Source: Eledone cirrhosa
Taxonomy: Eukaryota
Assembly: GCA_964016885.1 (NCBI GenBank)
Contig: OZ024758.1
Location: 2,046,001-2,110,000 of the forward strand
Direction of reading: 5' to 3'
Length of the DNA: 64,000 nt
Both the position numbers and the translations under genes were made by a program. Below the pieces are notes generated by a model. The model searched no databases. It saw only the letters and a list, made by a program, of their open reading frames with translations, and was not told where the DNA came from. Shown here piece by piece: positions 15,001 through 26,386 of this stretch (its first letter is position 1; each line of letters begins with the position of its first letter).

Positions 15001-18000
15001 AAAAATTTCTTTTTTTTAAATATTTACTGAAGGTCAGTACTTAGAAGTGTTATTATTGGATTAAATCAGAGGTTCTCAATGTGGGTGCTACCCCAGGGGG
15101 TGCTGGGGTCTAAGGAGACAGTAGAGATGATATATTAAATATCAAATGATATATATTATATATAAATATAGTAAAATTAAAAAATGATATATTTATTTAT
15201 ACATAGTATATATTATATTTATTATATATAAATTAATGATTTTACTTATTATACATTTACAATTTGTGTGTAAGTAGGTCTCTCTGGAAATAGGGTTGGG
15301 GGAGCTGAGCGTATTACGTGGCTGTGAAAGTGGCAGTGGCCCCAAAAAGTCTGAGAACCTCTGGATTAAATAGACAAGAAATAAATCTTCCACTGGATAA
15401 TACCATAGACTATCACAGCCAGCTTTCTTACATGATCTAGTTCCAGTTCCCTATCATCATCATTTTACGTCCGCTTTTCCCTGCTTGCAAGGGTGGGACG
15501 GGTCCTATTCAGCACAGCATCTCTCCATTTGTCACAGTCCTTCGTCATCTCTACCGTGAGCTTCAGCGATCTGAGATCTGCTCTCACCACCTCTACCCAT
15601 GTTTTTCGTGGTCTTCGTTCTACTGGGATTTCTTAGCACTTCTTTACCCGGCAGTCATCCTCCATGCTCATCACATGTCCATACCATCTCAGTCTTCTCT
15701 CCCGCACACCACAACTAAGAAAATTCAGGCACAATTTCTTTTTCACTTGGTCAAGAACAAGAGCAGATACAATCCTTCTGATGGGTTTCCATACTGTTCC
15801 TGTTAACCCATCACTAGTAGGTTTCCATACTATTCCTGTTAACCCATTACTGGTGGGAGGGATGGAGGAAAGTACCCTTAAACAAAAGACCTGGCATGAA
15901 TGTTTGCAACAGAGTATCCTCTGCCAGGTACCTAAAAGCCAGGTTAAACTAAACAATAAATTACGTTTACCATTTAAGTGGCATACAGTGGCAGAACAAT
16001 TACAAGGGATCCTATCCAATTCACTAATGATTATACCAATATACCAATTCACCACCTGAATCAAGTGTACCCAAATACATAGAAAATCACTTACAGAGAA
16101 TTTGAATTCAAGACAAAATGTTTATGACTATTTCAATTCCACTGTAAAAAGTTTCAAAATACATGGCTTTTTTTTTTCATTTCTCATTTTTATTTTCCTG
16201 GCTTTGTTAGAAAAGGGCAGCATCTGTAACATTTTTTTAAGAACATTCAAGAGAACTTAAGAGAAACCCCACCTCATGAGTTAATCTCTGACTTGAGACT
16301 TGGACCAAATCCTTGCCAAAGGGTTAACTTCATATAGGCTCCCAAGAACCAGGAAGTGGTGTTAAACTAAGTCTACCACCCAACAGCAGATAGAATCTCT
16401 CACGGGCTTCCATACAGTTCTTGCAACTGGCCTAAGATTATGGTAGGAGAGATTTACTTGTTTTTTACAAAGGAATCGAACTAAGAACCATTTGATTGTG
16501 AAATAAACCTCATAACCATACACTCATACCAAACTTAAAACTTATCACTCTGCTCAGAAACTGTCAAACAGTAAAATTCTTTCTAAAAGACACTTACTTT
16601 AATTGGAGTTAACTCTTTCATCATTTTCTCCACTGATTCCTTGGAAGCTTTATATTTCTCTTCCAGTTCTGTTTTGTCCTTTTCTAGCTGTAAAACACAA
16701 TAACTCACCAATCAATCAATAGATCTGATTACAATTAATTAAACATAACACAAACACAAAGTTATAATACTTAATATGTATGTATGGTTCTGTAACTCTT
16801 GATAGAGTTGTAGGGGTGTCATACTGACGTACGGCGTTTCTTGGCCAATTTTCAGCCTGGCGGAACCCATCCCTCTCCAGGCCTGAGTACAGCAGATTTC
16901 TTCCAGAACTCTCCCCCTCCCTCTCTGCCAATTCACCAGACACAGAACATATAACTCTCCTCCCTCCCTCTCTGCCATTTCACCAGACACAGAACATATA
17001 ACTCTCTCTCTCAAGATACAATTTTAAAAAATGGAAGGATTAAACTTACTTTTGTAACCTGTTCTTTGTTTTGTTTCAGAAAAATCAATTCTGTTTTCAG
17101 TATCTTTATGGAACTGTCCTAAACAATTAAACAGTTTTCAATTAATATCTTTAATAGATATCACAAAATTAGATTATATATAATAGACACTAGCTGGCCT
17201 CATGCCATCGAAAATGATGGCTAATTGTAATATCTATACATAATATAAAAAAGAGATGTTGGATGGTTGGTTCCTTCACGCTCAATCACACTAGTGATAC
17301 AAACATACAAGCATAGAAAGAGTCGGGGCCCGATGGCTGAGCTCTTGCCGTTTTGACAGCTAGTTCCACTCTACTATCCCAAGTACCGAGTACTCTGTTG
17401 AATAATGAATGGTCTTATTAGTTTAATCCTGATATATATATAGGCCCCTCCAAACCAAACATATACCCCAACCCACTACCCCTACTCCATCCTCCCACTC
17501 CCCTTTCTCTATAAAGTTTTGTTGGTATCACAATATCCAGTCCAAACTAATGAGGTTGTGTAGGTGTCACGACAAAAAACACAGTCCACGCTGTAATGTG
17601 GTCATGTAGGTAACACAGTAAAAAGCTCCCAGTCCACACTGTAAATGTGATTGGTGTTAGGAAGGGCATCCAGCTGTAGAAAACCCGCCAGATAGTCCTA
17701 TACGATCGAGACATGGTCACCCGACCAATCTTGCTTCAAGTGGGACAACTCCCGTCTAACCCATGCTAGTGTGGAAGATAGACGTTAAACGATGATGATG
17801 ATGATAGAGATAATTGTTTCTACTTTTGGCACAAGGCCAGCAATTACCCAGTACATTACTGGTACTTTATTTTATCGACCCCGTAAGGATGAAAGGCAAA
17901 GTTAACCTCAGCGGGATTTGAACTCAGACCGTAAAGAGACGTAACTATGCTGGAAAGCATGGAGTCCAACCCCCTACCGATACTGCCAAGGAATGCGACA

Positions 18001-21000
18001 AGTGGAGAGAAGCTGTGCTGAGAAGGACCCGTCCAACCCATGAAAACATGGAAAAGGGGACATAAAAATGACAATAATGATAATTTACAGTAATTTACAA
18101 TAACTTCTATTTTCTTACTTGTTCTTTCCTATATTCCCGAATTGATTTTAAAGCTTTCACATATCGAGTTGAAGCAAATATGGCATCAAATTTTTCCTTT
18201 AAGACTTTACCTTCACTCAGAGGCCTTCAAAATAACAATATGGAAACAAAGGAATTAAATTACATTATAAATATATGATTGTTTTACATCTATTTTTCCA
18301 AAATGGTGGTGGTGGTGGTGGTAGTAGTGTAGGTGGTGGTGGTGGTAGTGATGGTAGTAGTGTGGTGGTAGTGTGGTGGTGGTGGTAGTGATGGTAGTAG
18401 TGTGGTGGTGGTGGTGGTAGTAGTGTGGTGGTAGTGTGGTGGTGGTGGTAGTGATGGTAGTAGTGTGGTGGTGGTAGTAGTGAAGCAGTGGTGGTAGTGG
18501 TATAGTGGTGGTAGTGTAGTAGTGGTGGAAATGGTAGTAGTATAATTGGTGGGGATGTTTCATTCTATGTGTATGTAAGTGTTAGTATGTATCTGTGTGT
18601 GTGTGTTAATATGTATCTGTGTATGGTATATGTATGTGCGCAAGTATATACATATGTATATATTATTGTCATGATACATACATGTATATATGTGTCTATT
18701 ATGCTATACCACAAAACATCCAGTCCACTCTGTAAAGTGGTAGTGTAGGTGTCATGACAAAAAGTACCCAGTCCACACTGTAGAGTGGTAATGTAGGTGT
18801 CACAACTAAAGGCACCCAGTCCACTCTGTCAATGTGGTTGGCGTTACGAAGAGCATCCAGCCGTAGGAAACCATCCAGAAACTCTCCTATATGAGTGAGA
18901 CACGGTCACCCAACCCAACTTGCCTCTAAATGGGACAAACCCGTCAAACTCATGCTTGCTTGGAAGATAGATGTTAATCGAGGAGGATGATGTGATGATG
19001 GTGGTGTGTGTATGCATGTATGTGTTTGTATTTATCTATGTGTGCGTATGTATGTTTAATTACTTATACATACCAGTTAGCATCTTCTTGGTGACAGAAA
19101 ATAACATTTTCTAAAACAGCTTTTGACACACCTAAAGACGTGATCATCTATAATACAAACAAGAACCAGATGTTGATATTGTCAAATAGTATCTGAGAAA
19201 ACTAGATATTATATATTGACAGTGATATTGTCAAATAGTAGACTCTGCCAATTCGCTGCCTGTTTGTATATATGTATATATATATGAATAGATTATGAAT
19301 AGATTTGAGGGAGATGTAGCTAGTATTTCTAGCAGATTAATCCTTTAGCATTTAAATTGGCCATATCCAGCCAGAATTCTCTTGCCTCTTTCTGTTCAAA
19401 CCAGCCTTAATTGGGCACTCATACTGATGTTAAGGTATTTGTTTCAAAATAAACAATATCAAAATCTCATAGATTCAATATTATGTGAGATAATTATGTA
19501 AGGTAAAGCCTTTACCACAAAAATACAATAGCATATATAGAGTAATGTAAATTCTAAAGGGTTAAGCAAACATATAGAAGCTCCCAAATTAGCTCAAAGA
19601 TAAGATGTTTTTAGCTTGGGATCTGGGAAGATCTTCACTTTAATTGTAATACTCAACATTTCATAAGATGAATTTTACTAATACATCGAAACCGATAATA
19701 CTTTATATACTTTAAATACAGTATAAAACTCTTTTTTAAAAAGAATTGTCCCTCTCATTTTTTCATTAATGCCACTTTGATGAATCAAAAAGGAAAAAAA
19801 AAAAGAAAAACAGACCATTAAATATATTTTCAGAACTATTTCCAATCTCTCTCTCTCTCTCTCTCTCTCTCCCTCTCTCTATATATATATATATATAAGC
19901 AAAGGGATAATTAATTTGTTGGTAATTCAACAAATATATTTATAACAGATTCGAAGCATTCGACAGGTTTTCTGAAGTTTCACCAGGAGAAACTTGAACC
20001 GTTAAGGTCTCATTCCTGGATATGTCAATATTTATAAAACAAACTTTGTATTTTATCTGATGAGAGCATACCAAAGTTTTGGTACGCTCGAACTGACAAC
20101 CTCACGATTGCAAATCCAATTCTCTAACCAATCAGCCACGCGCCTACACATATATATATATATATTTTTTAAATTACTAAGAATGACCCTAAACAATTAT
20201 AATCAATGATTCTATACTTCTCTATTGATATCGGCACATTTCTGAGTAATGCTTGACTCTCCACCTGGTGTGCGGCGTGATATAAGCCCATCTAGGGACC
20301 GAGTTTCAATCCTTTTGGCCTGTAAAAACAAAAGACAACATTTGAAGTGATGGGTCTTACCAATATCATTTAAACCAGAGATTCGCAAAGGTCCAGGGGT
20401 CACTAGAGCCTAAGGGGGTGGTGGGGACAGTAGAGATGATATAATTGTATATTAAATATCAAATGATACATATTCATCATCACCGTTTTACGTCCGTTCT
20501 TCCACGCTAGCATGGGTTAGACGGGTTGTCCTGTTGTGGGCAGTGTCTGGTCGGCTGACCATGCCTTGCTCATACAGGAACTGATCTGGCTTGATTTCTA
20601 CAGCTGGATGCCCTTCCTAACACCAACCTCATTTACAGTGAGTGCTGGGTGCTTTTTCGTGGCGCCTACACGTCCACTTTACAGTGTGGGCCGGGTGCTT
20701 TTTTGCCGTGGCACCTCCACGACCACCTTGCGGTGGGGGTGGGGGGGGGGGATATTGTTTATATGCTTCAGCATGTACCCATGGGAGGTCGGGTACCCTG
20801 TATTACTGCGTGACGCCAGAAGTCACGGTCGTGTGTCATTGACTTTGAGAGGTGTAGTTGGGTAAGGTCGGCTTTTATCACCTCATCCCAAGTCATCTTG
20901 GGTCTCCCCACTCCGCGGTTTCCATCAACTTCTAGTGCTCTGCACCTTTTTATGCAGCTGTCATCCTTCATACGCATCACATGTCCATACCAGCGTAACC

Positions 21001-24000
21001 GCCTCTCCTGCACGCAGCATTTGATTCCTCTTATGCTCAGTCTCTCTCTCAATTCATTTATGCTTTGTCGTTCACGTATATTACTGTTACACATCCATCG
21101 GAGCATGCAGGCTTCGTTTCTCTCTAATCTACGTAGGTCTTCCACCTTCAGCGCCCAGGTCTCACTACCATGCAACATCGCTGTTCGGATACACGCATCA
21201 TACAGTCTGCCTTTCATTCTGAGGGAGAAGCCTTTTGCAGCTAGCAGTGGTAGTAGTTCCCTAAACTTCTTCCATCCCGTTCTTACCCTAGTTATTGTAC
21301 TTTCTGAGCACCCACCTCCGTTGCTAATTCGGTCACCTAGGTAGCAGAAGCTGTCTACTGTTTCTACAGGGCCCTCCCAGAGATTGGTGGTACTTGTATA
21401 AATATAGTAAAAATTGGTGGTACTTGTATAAATATAGTAAAAAAAATATATATGTATTTATTTGTGTAATTTATTGTGGCACCAGCACTACCACATTACA
21501 GTATGGACTGGGTGTATATTATGACACCACAGTATGGACTGGGTGTATATTATTACACCACAGTATGGACTGGGTGTATATTATGACACCACAGTATGGA
21601 CTGGGTGTATATTATGACATCACAGTATGGACTGGGTGTATATTATGACACCACAGTATGGACTGGGTGTATGTTATTGTGGCACCAGCACTACATTACG
21701 TGGGTTGGGTGTATTTTATTGTGACACCATTACTACCACTACCACTTTACAGTATGGATCAGGTGTATGTTGTGGTACCACCACTACCACTTTACAGTAT
21801 GGATCGGGTGTATGTTGTGGTACCACCACTACCACTTTAGTGTGGGCTGGGTGTATGTTGTGGTACCACCACTACCACTTTAGAGTGGGCTGGGTGTATG
21901 TTATTGTGACACCAGCACTAATTATGTAAAATTATGAATCTCAATAGACAAAGCAAATTATATATGTTGTTGAAAGGATCAACCCATTAGTCTGACAGAT
22001 CAATGTATTGATTTCATATGATTAGTGATACACACCTTTTGTGTTCCAGTCATAGATCGGGACACAATGACCTCTGTCTTAACAATATCTTTGAAATTTA
22101 ACTTGATTTGGGCTTTAACTTCTTTCTCATGGGCAATCTAAAAAAAACACAAAAAACAACACACAAATCAATTAAATACAAACACTAGAAATATAATGTT
22201 TAATTATGTGACAAACAATAATAATGTTTTCTTTATTAACCACAAGGGTTGACATAAAGTATAACATTAAGGACAGCAAAGGACAATACAGGACGGTACA
22301 AATGGGCATTTCTGCATGTAAAGAAAAAAAACAAAGGAAATGACAAAAAAAAGAAACAAAGCAAAATTCCCCAATAGATGGGAGACTTCCGAGGGACATT
22401 CGTGGAGAAAGCCCATTAAAAAAGCCACGGTGACCCTGACCACCAGGGCAAGCCTCCAATTTACAAGCGCATACTCAGAGACGGCCCATTCACTCGGGCC
22501 ATGCTTGCTTCTCTCTCACCCATCTTTTAAGAAATTGCTGGGAAGAGAGCACTTCCCTCTTCACCCTGATTTTCCTTTTCAAATGAAATTTGAAAAAGTG
22601 AAGGCAAAACTAAACTCAGCGGGATTTGAACTCAGAACATAAAAGGTCATAATTCTATGCCATAAAGCATGGTCTCTGATGCTCTACCAATTCTGCCAAT
22701 CCTTAACATCAGTATGAGTGGCGACTTATGACCGGATTGAACAGAAAGAAGTGAGATAAATCTGGTTTAAATACTAAAGTATTTAGTGATGTTTAGATTT
22801 AGATTATTCAGCAAATGGAGTAATGCTGTGCTGCAAAGGACCCGTCCAACCCATGCAAGCATGGAAAACAGGTGTAAACATGATGATGAGATGATGATGA
22901 AAAAGGTTAAGATGTCTGAGGTGTAATGTATTAACGATTTAATTACCTTTGGATCATGGACAAAAGCACCGTTAACTTTAGCTCCAGGTGGTAAATCACC
23001 TGTAGTAATATACTTCAAACATTCAATTATGGTCTGAAAAATAAAACATCAAATAGATTTATATAATAAAATGGAATATAATTTATTTATGGAATTTCGA
23101 TGGTTGATGAACAAATGTTTTTCAAATGTCAAACATTTAAAGGGGCCTCATAACTTAACTAGCACAGGGCCTCATTTGTCCTAAATCCGGCACTACTGAG
23201 ATGGTCGTGGGAGCAAAATCTTCAAACACGCCTACCAATGGGTCTTATTCGTGGTAGGGTCGGGGGAGCAGAGTCCTCAAGCACGCTTTCCAGCTGGTCT
23301 TATTCCTGGAAGGGTCGGGGGAGCAGTGTTCCCAAGCACGCCTACCAGGGAGTCCTTGATTTCTAATTTAGGCACAATGCCAGCAAATTCGGAGGAAGGG
23401 GAAATTCATTAAATCAACCCTAGTACTTGACTGGTACTTTATTTTATTGACCCCGGAAGTATGAAAGGTAAAGTTGACTTCAGCTGTATTTGAACTCAGG
23501 GCGTAAACAACTAAAACGATTACTGATATAGCTATTTATCCGCTGCTCTACCAATCACCACGCTCGCCACCCACCCCTTAAAATACATAAATATTGAAAA
23601 ATTGTAAAATAGTGTTTTAAAGATGTTAGATTATTTTATTAAGTTTTAAATGTATGCACAAATAACATTACAAATTGCTCACAATTCTTTTAGAATGAAA
23701 ATATAAACACATAAGAAATATAGTTAACTATTAGGAATAGGGTACGTAGCCGGTCCCGGCAAAATAGACAAACATTTCAAAGTGTCTTAATTCGGGCCGC
23801 AACTCATTATGTCTGACACTCTTACCGGCTAAATAGCCTGAGAGTCTATTTTACCGGGACCGGCTACATAGCCTCTGCCTAACTATTAAGTACTCACAGT
23901 TTTGCCAGTACCGTTCTGTCCTAATATCAGAGTCAAAGGACAGAAGAAGGTGATAACCTGTCTATCACTGTCATCAGGACCAAAACTACGTATCCCTTGG

Positions 24001-24026
24001 ATACTCATCTTTTTTATTGTCGACAT
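1..24026 (-). CDS. RAD50: DNA repair protein RAD50, multi-exon gene; first ~855 codons in window, 3' part off the left edge
   Basis: 28 GT-AG exons join in frame. N-terminus [16 protein letters not shown], Walker [17 protein letters not shown]-loop [17 protein letters not shown], long coiled coil, zinc hook CCPLCHRGF near residue 684. Confidence 0.97.
451..514 (-). CDS. RAD50: RAD50 coding exon 27
   Basis: [20 protein letters not shown]. Confidence 0.85.
879..1032 (-). CDS. RAD50: RAD50 coding exon 26
   Basis: [51 protein letters not shown]. Confidence 0.9.
1364..1459 (-). CDS. RAD50: RAD50 coding exon 25
   Basis: [32 protein letters not shown]. Confidence 0.86.
1849..1962 (-). CDS. RAD50: RAD50 coding exon 24
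   Basis: [38 protein letters not shown]. Confidence 0.9.
2238..2628. repeat. Minisatellite, 26-28-bp unit
   Basis: TCTCCATACCATCTCTAAACTATTTATC tandem copies. Confidence 0.95.
2972..3107 (-). CDS. RAD50: RAD50 coding exon 23 (zinc hook)
   Basis: [45 protein letters not shown], CxxC hook. Confidence 0.95.
3442..3808 (-). mobile_element. RTE LINE 3' UTR fragment nearly identical to 20476-20832
   Basis: Direct comparison; (GAT)n tail. Confidence 0.85.
3869..3959 (-). CDS. RAD50: RAD50 coding exon 22
   Basis: [29 protein letters not shown]. Confidence 0.9.
4502..4536 (-). CDS. RAD50: RAD50 coding exon 21 (35-nt mini-exon)
   Basis: [11 protein letters not shown]; TTCAG acceptor, GTAAGT donor; needed to convert phase 2 to phase 1. 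Confidence 0.82.
4891..4983 (-). CDS. RAD50: RAD50 coding exon 20
   Basis: [30 protein letters not shown]. Confidence 0.86.
5446..5852 (+). mobile_element. RTE LINE 3' fragment (same family as 9226-9755)
   Basis: Nucleotide similarity to 9336-9755; (GAT)n tail. Confidence 0.82.
6014..6100 (-). CDS. RAD50: RAD50 coding exon 19
   Basis: [28 protein letters not shown]. Confidence 0.88.
6723..6821 (-). CDS. RAD50: RAD50 coding exon 18
   Basis: [32 protein letters not shown]. Confidence 0.86.
6930..7845. repeat. CA/CAC/GAT-rich simple and short tandem repeats flanking RAD50 exon 17
   Basis: ACACCACACA, ACACAGACATACTC and (GAT)n arrays. Confidence 0.9.
7194..7306 (-). CDS. RAD50: RAD50 coding exon 17
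   Basis: [37 protein letters not shown]; acceptor slightly uncertain. Confidence 0.8.
7882..7983 (-). CDS. RAD50: RAD50 coding exon 16
   Basis: [34 protein letters not shown]. Confidence 0.86.
9226..9755 (+). mobile_element. RTE LINE 3' fragment
   Basis: [30 protein letters not shown]...[12 protein letters not shown]; (GAT)n tail. Confidence 0.88.
9779..9883 (-). CDS. RAD50: RAD50 coding exon 15
   Basis: [35 protein letters not shown]. Confidence 0.88.
10398..10501 (-). CDS. RAD50: RAD50 coding exon 14
   Basis: [34 protein letters not shown]; the GTGCGT donor restores phase 0. Confidence 0.82.
11157..11226 (-). CDS. RAD50: RAD50 coding exon 13
   Basis: [23 protein letters not shown]. Confidence 0.85.
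11493..11594 (-). CDS. RAD50: RAD50 coding exon 12
   Basis: [34 protein letters not shown]. Confidence 0.88.
12308..12711. repeat. Minisatellite, 22-bp unit
   Basis: ACTGAAGAGCAGCCTGATATGT, about 18 near-perfect copies. Confidence 0.97.
12780..12856 (-). CDS. RAD50: RAD50 coding exon 11
   Basis: [26 protein letters not shown]. Confidence 0.87.
13750..13827 (-). CDS. RAD50: RAD50 coding exon 10
   Basis: [25 protein letters not shown]. Confidence 0.85.
13935..14235 (-). mobile_element. CR1/L2-type LINE 3' end fragment
   Basis: [20 protein letters not shown]...SFK, a typical CR1-group ORF2 C-terminus. Confidence 0.65.
14884..14944 (-). CDS. RAD50: RAD50 coding exon 9
   Basis: [20 protein letters not shown], phase 0 to 1. 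Confidence 0.85.
15067..15363. mobile_element. hAT-type MITE
   Basis: TIR CAGAGGTTCTCA / TGAGAACCTCTG; 8-bp TSD GATTAAAT. Confidence 0.85.
15454..15720 (-). mobile_element. RTE LINE 3' fragment
   Basis: [20 protein letters not shown]; same family, reverse orientation. Confidence 0.8.
16598..16687 (-). CDS. RAD50: RAD50 coding exon 8
   Basis: [30 protein letters not shown]. Confidence 0.88.
17050..17118 (-). CDS. RAD50: RAD50 coding exon 7
   Basis: [23 protein letters not shown], phase-consistent. Confidence 0.88.
18119..18224 (-). CDS. RAD50: RAD50 coding exon 6
   Basis: [35 protein letters not shown]. Confidence 0.94.
18303..18545. repeat. (GGT/AGT)n low-complexity repeat
   Basis: Seen directly. 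Confidence 0.9.
19074..19147 (-). CDS. RAD50: RAD50 coding exon 5 (Q-loop)
   Basis: [24 protein letters not shown](W). Confidence 0.94.
20218..20319 (-). CDS. RAD50: RAD50 coding exon 4
   Basis: [34 protein letters not shown]. Confidence 0.92.
20476..21378 (-). mobile_element. 5'-truncated RTE LINE (RT C-terminus, 3' UTR, (GAT)n tail)
   Basis: [20 protein letters not shown]...[12 protein letters not shown]...[10 protein letters not shown], open frame. Confidence 0.9.
21470..21920. repeat. Tandem repeat, ~29-41-bp CAGTATGGACTGGGTGTATATT-type units
   Basis: Seen directly; related to dispersed TTTACAGTGTGGGCTGGGTG repeats, e.g. 54670-54850. Confidence 0.85.
22036..22137 (-). CDS. RAD50: RAD50 coding exon 3
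   Basis: [34 protein letters not shown]. Confidence 0.93.
22947..23033 (-). CDS. RAD50: RAD50 coding exon 2
   Basis: [33 protein letters not shown] bounded. Confidence 0.95.
23734..23879. mobile_element. Mutator-like MITE (relative at ~50600-50872)
   Basis: ~35-bp imperfect TIRs (GTAGCCGGTCCCGGCAAAATAGAC / GTCTATTTTACCGGGACCGGCTAC), GG..CC ends, 9-bp TSD TAACTATTA. Confidence 0.75.
23898..24026 (-). CDS. RAD50: RAD50 coding exon 1 (start codon, Walker A)
   Basis: [43 protein letters not shown], 129 nt, GTGAGT donor; acceptor AG at 24044-24045. Confidence 0.95.
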
Positions 24027-24185
24027 TGTTACTCGGATGTGTTCTGAAAATAAATGAAATATCTGTTAATACTATATAGGAAGAAAACCCAACTAAAAGC
24101 GCGCCATTTGGAAAGTCAACCACTTGTGATATTTTAAAATTAATATATAAAGATTAAGAACAAAGTGAAACTATTCTAACCTACC

Positions 24186-24280
24186 TTTCAGATATGTTAT
24201 ATGCTCTATGTCACTATAGAAGAGGAAAACACAGAAACTTAACACGAGAAACTGTCGTTTCTATCCGTGTTCCAGCAACA
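24186..24280 (-). other. RAD50: Probable non-coding first exon (5' UTR) of RAD50
   Basis: AG|GTAGGT donor at 24185, upstream of the acceptor at 24044; 5' end is a guess. Confidence 0.45.
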
Positions 24281-25236
24281 AAAAGTCAACAATATTCAAA
24301 TAAATCGATAAAAGTTAGCTAAGTTCTTTTTTTTTTTTTTACTTAGCATTAACTAGTAAATGAATGGCAAAGATATTATTATGCCTGACAAAGTACTTTG
24401 GTAGTCACAACGATGTTAAAGATATGTTTGACAGCTATGGAGATTTATTTTAATTTTTCCCACGTGAAAAAAACATTTTCGTAAATACCAGAACCTTTTT
24501 CAAGGGAAATAACTCTGCCGTCCTAATGACAGTAATTAGATTCTCTCACGCACCTTTCATACAATATTAATGTTTGTAAACTATACAAGTATATATATAC
24601 ATATATATAGTTTGTAAACTATACATGAAGTATATATACAATACAACTGTATAATATACTCGTTTATTATTATGTTTTATTTTTTTACTTTATAAAAACC
24701 AGTATTCAGTAAGTGGTTAACCATATTCAGACTGGTTAGTACTTAGATGTGACACCGGTTGGAATGTATAGTAAAATGTCTCATACGTTATTGATTTCAA
24801 ATACTGTGGTTAATTGCATTAATTTCAATACTTAACTCTTTTGACTTCAAATAGCTACCAAATTATTTTGGTTTAAGTTAACTGTAGCCCTTCGCCGCAA
24901 AATGGAGCTACCGTTAGATGTATTCTTTGTCGAAGAGCCCTGCTTTCAATGTTTAGACTTAACTTTGCCTGTGCGAGTACGTTTCATTTCCTGTTAGAAC
25001 CAAAGCTTGTTTCTGTAAACAAAATTATTAAAACAACGAAATATTTCTTTCTTTCCTGATAGCTTACCGTGCTGTTATATGGGGAATATGTAGCTAACGC
25101 TGTTTCTTGTTGATTATGTCCAGGTCAGACTATGTTGTTTTTTTAATTCCGGTACAATTGGGCGAAGTCCGAGTCCATCAATTGACGGTCATCAACCTTA
25201 AGTATGGAATGATATCAAAAACATAATTAAAAAATC

Positions 25237-25835
25237 GGCACTGTCATGGTATTAGCTGTCAGAAGTGAAAGTAGAAGGTGACGTCATTCGTCAACCTTCT
25301 CAATGATTTATTTACGTATCACCACGCGTTTATTTACGTTTATGATTTCGAGAGAAACGATAATATACAATCTTATTTAACATGTGCATTAAAAACTACA
25401 CTAGCTGTTACAATTGTAATTAACGTGTAAGAACTTAAATGAAAATATAGGTGGCCCTTAAAAGGGCCGGTGTTGAACTTAAATTTGTTTTCTAATTTGA
25501 TAACCATGACTTGTTTGAACACCGGCCCTTTTAAGGGCCACCTATATTTTCATTTAAGTTAACTCCACTTTCATCGATATGCTTTATTGTTATCTAAGCT
25601 TTTACTTACACGTTAATTACAATTGTAACAGCTAGTGTAGTTTTTAATGCACATGTTAAATAAGATTGTATATTATCGTTTCTCTTGAAAATTACGTGGT
25701 TATTTGGTACCCATATTTTTTTTTTAATAAGTGTATCTCATCATAAACATAAATAAACGCGTGGTGATACGGAAATAAACGATTGAGAAGGTTGACGAAT
25801 ACTTCACTTCTGACAGCTAATACCATGTCAGTGCC
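25237..25835. mobile_element. Foldback non-autonomous DNA transposon (Merlin-like ends) containing histone-type stem-loops
   Basis: Arms of ~240 bp or more are inverted repeats, GGCACTG...CAGTGCC; 8-bp TSD AAAAAATC at 25229-36 and 25836-43. Confidence 0.8.
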
Positions 25836-26386
25836 AAAAAATCTAATTATATACTTTCGTTTTCGAACGTGTACTTAAGCTTTTTCAATATAAACGCACA
25901 CACATTATTCATTATATAAATTGTACTTCCATATTTAATAACAGTCAATCTGTAGGACAAGGGTTCACTAGTTATGCGTAAATTCCAATACTAAATCAAG
26001 TAGATCTATGATCCGACATTCCAGTCATGAACATCTGGTCTTTTATTCCGGAATATCGTTCAGTAGGACTACATTATTCAGTATGACCTTCTTTTTAAAA
26101 CGTTTTCATTTTAGGGGGCTTTGGTTGTTGTTTCTAGCATGCCTAAAGACAACATAAAATTCCTTTGTTGGCTCGTGACAAGGCCCCTAATTAATTTATA
26201 ATGGTATCCGATGCCAAGTTTAGTTTTCTTTTAATGTAATTTCCAATTGTCCAACCCAGAAAACAATTAAGTGAAAGAATTGCCAATTGTGAAAAAGAAA
26301 TTATAGTCTACTGAATTAACAAATTCAAAATAATCACCAATTAATATGAATGCGTAGAATAAAATAAAAAGAATGCGGTATCTTTC

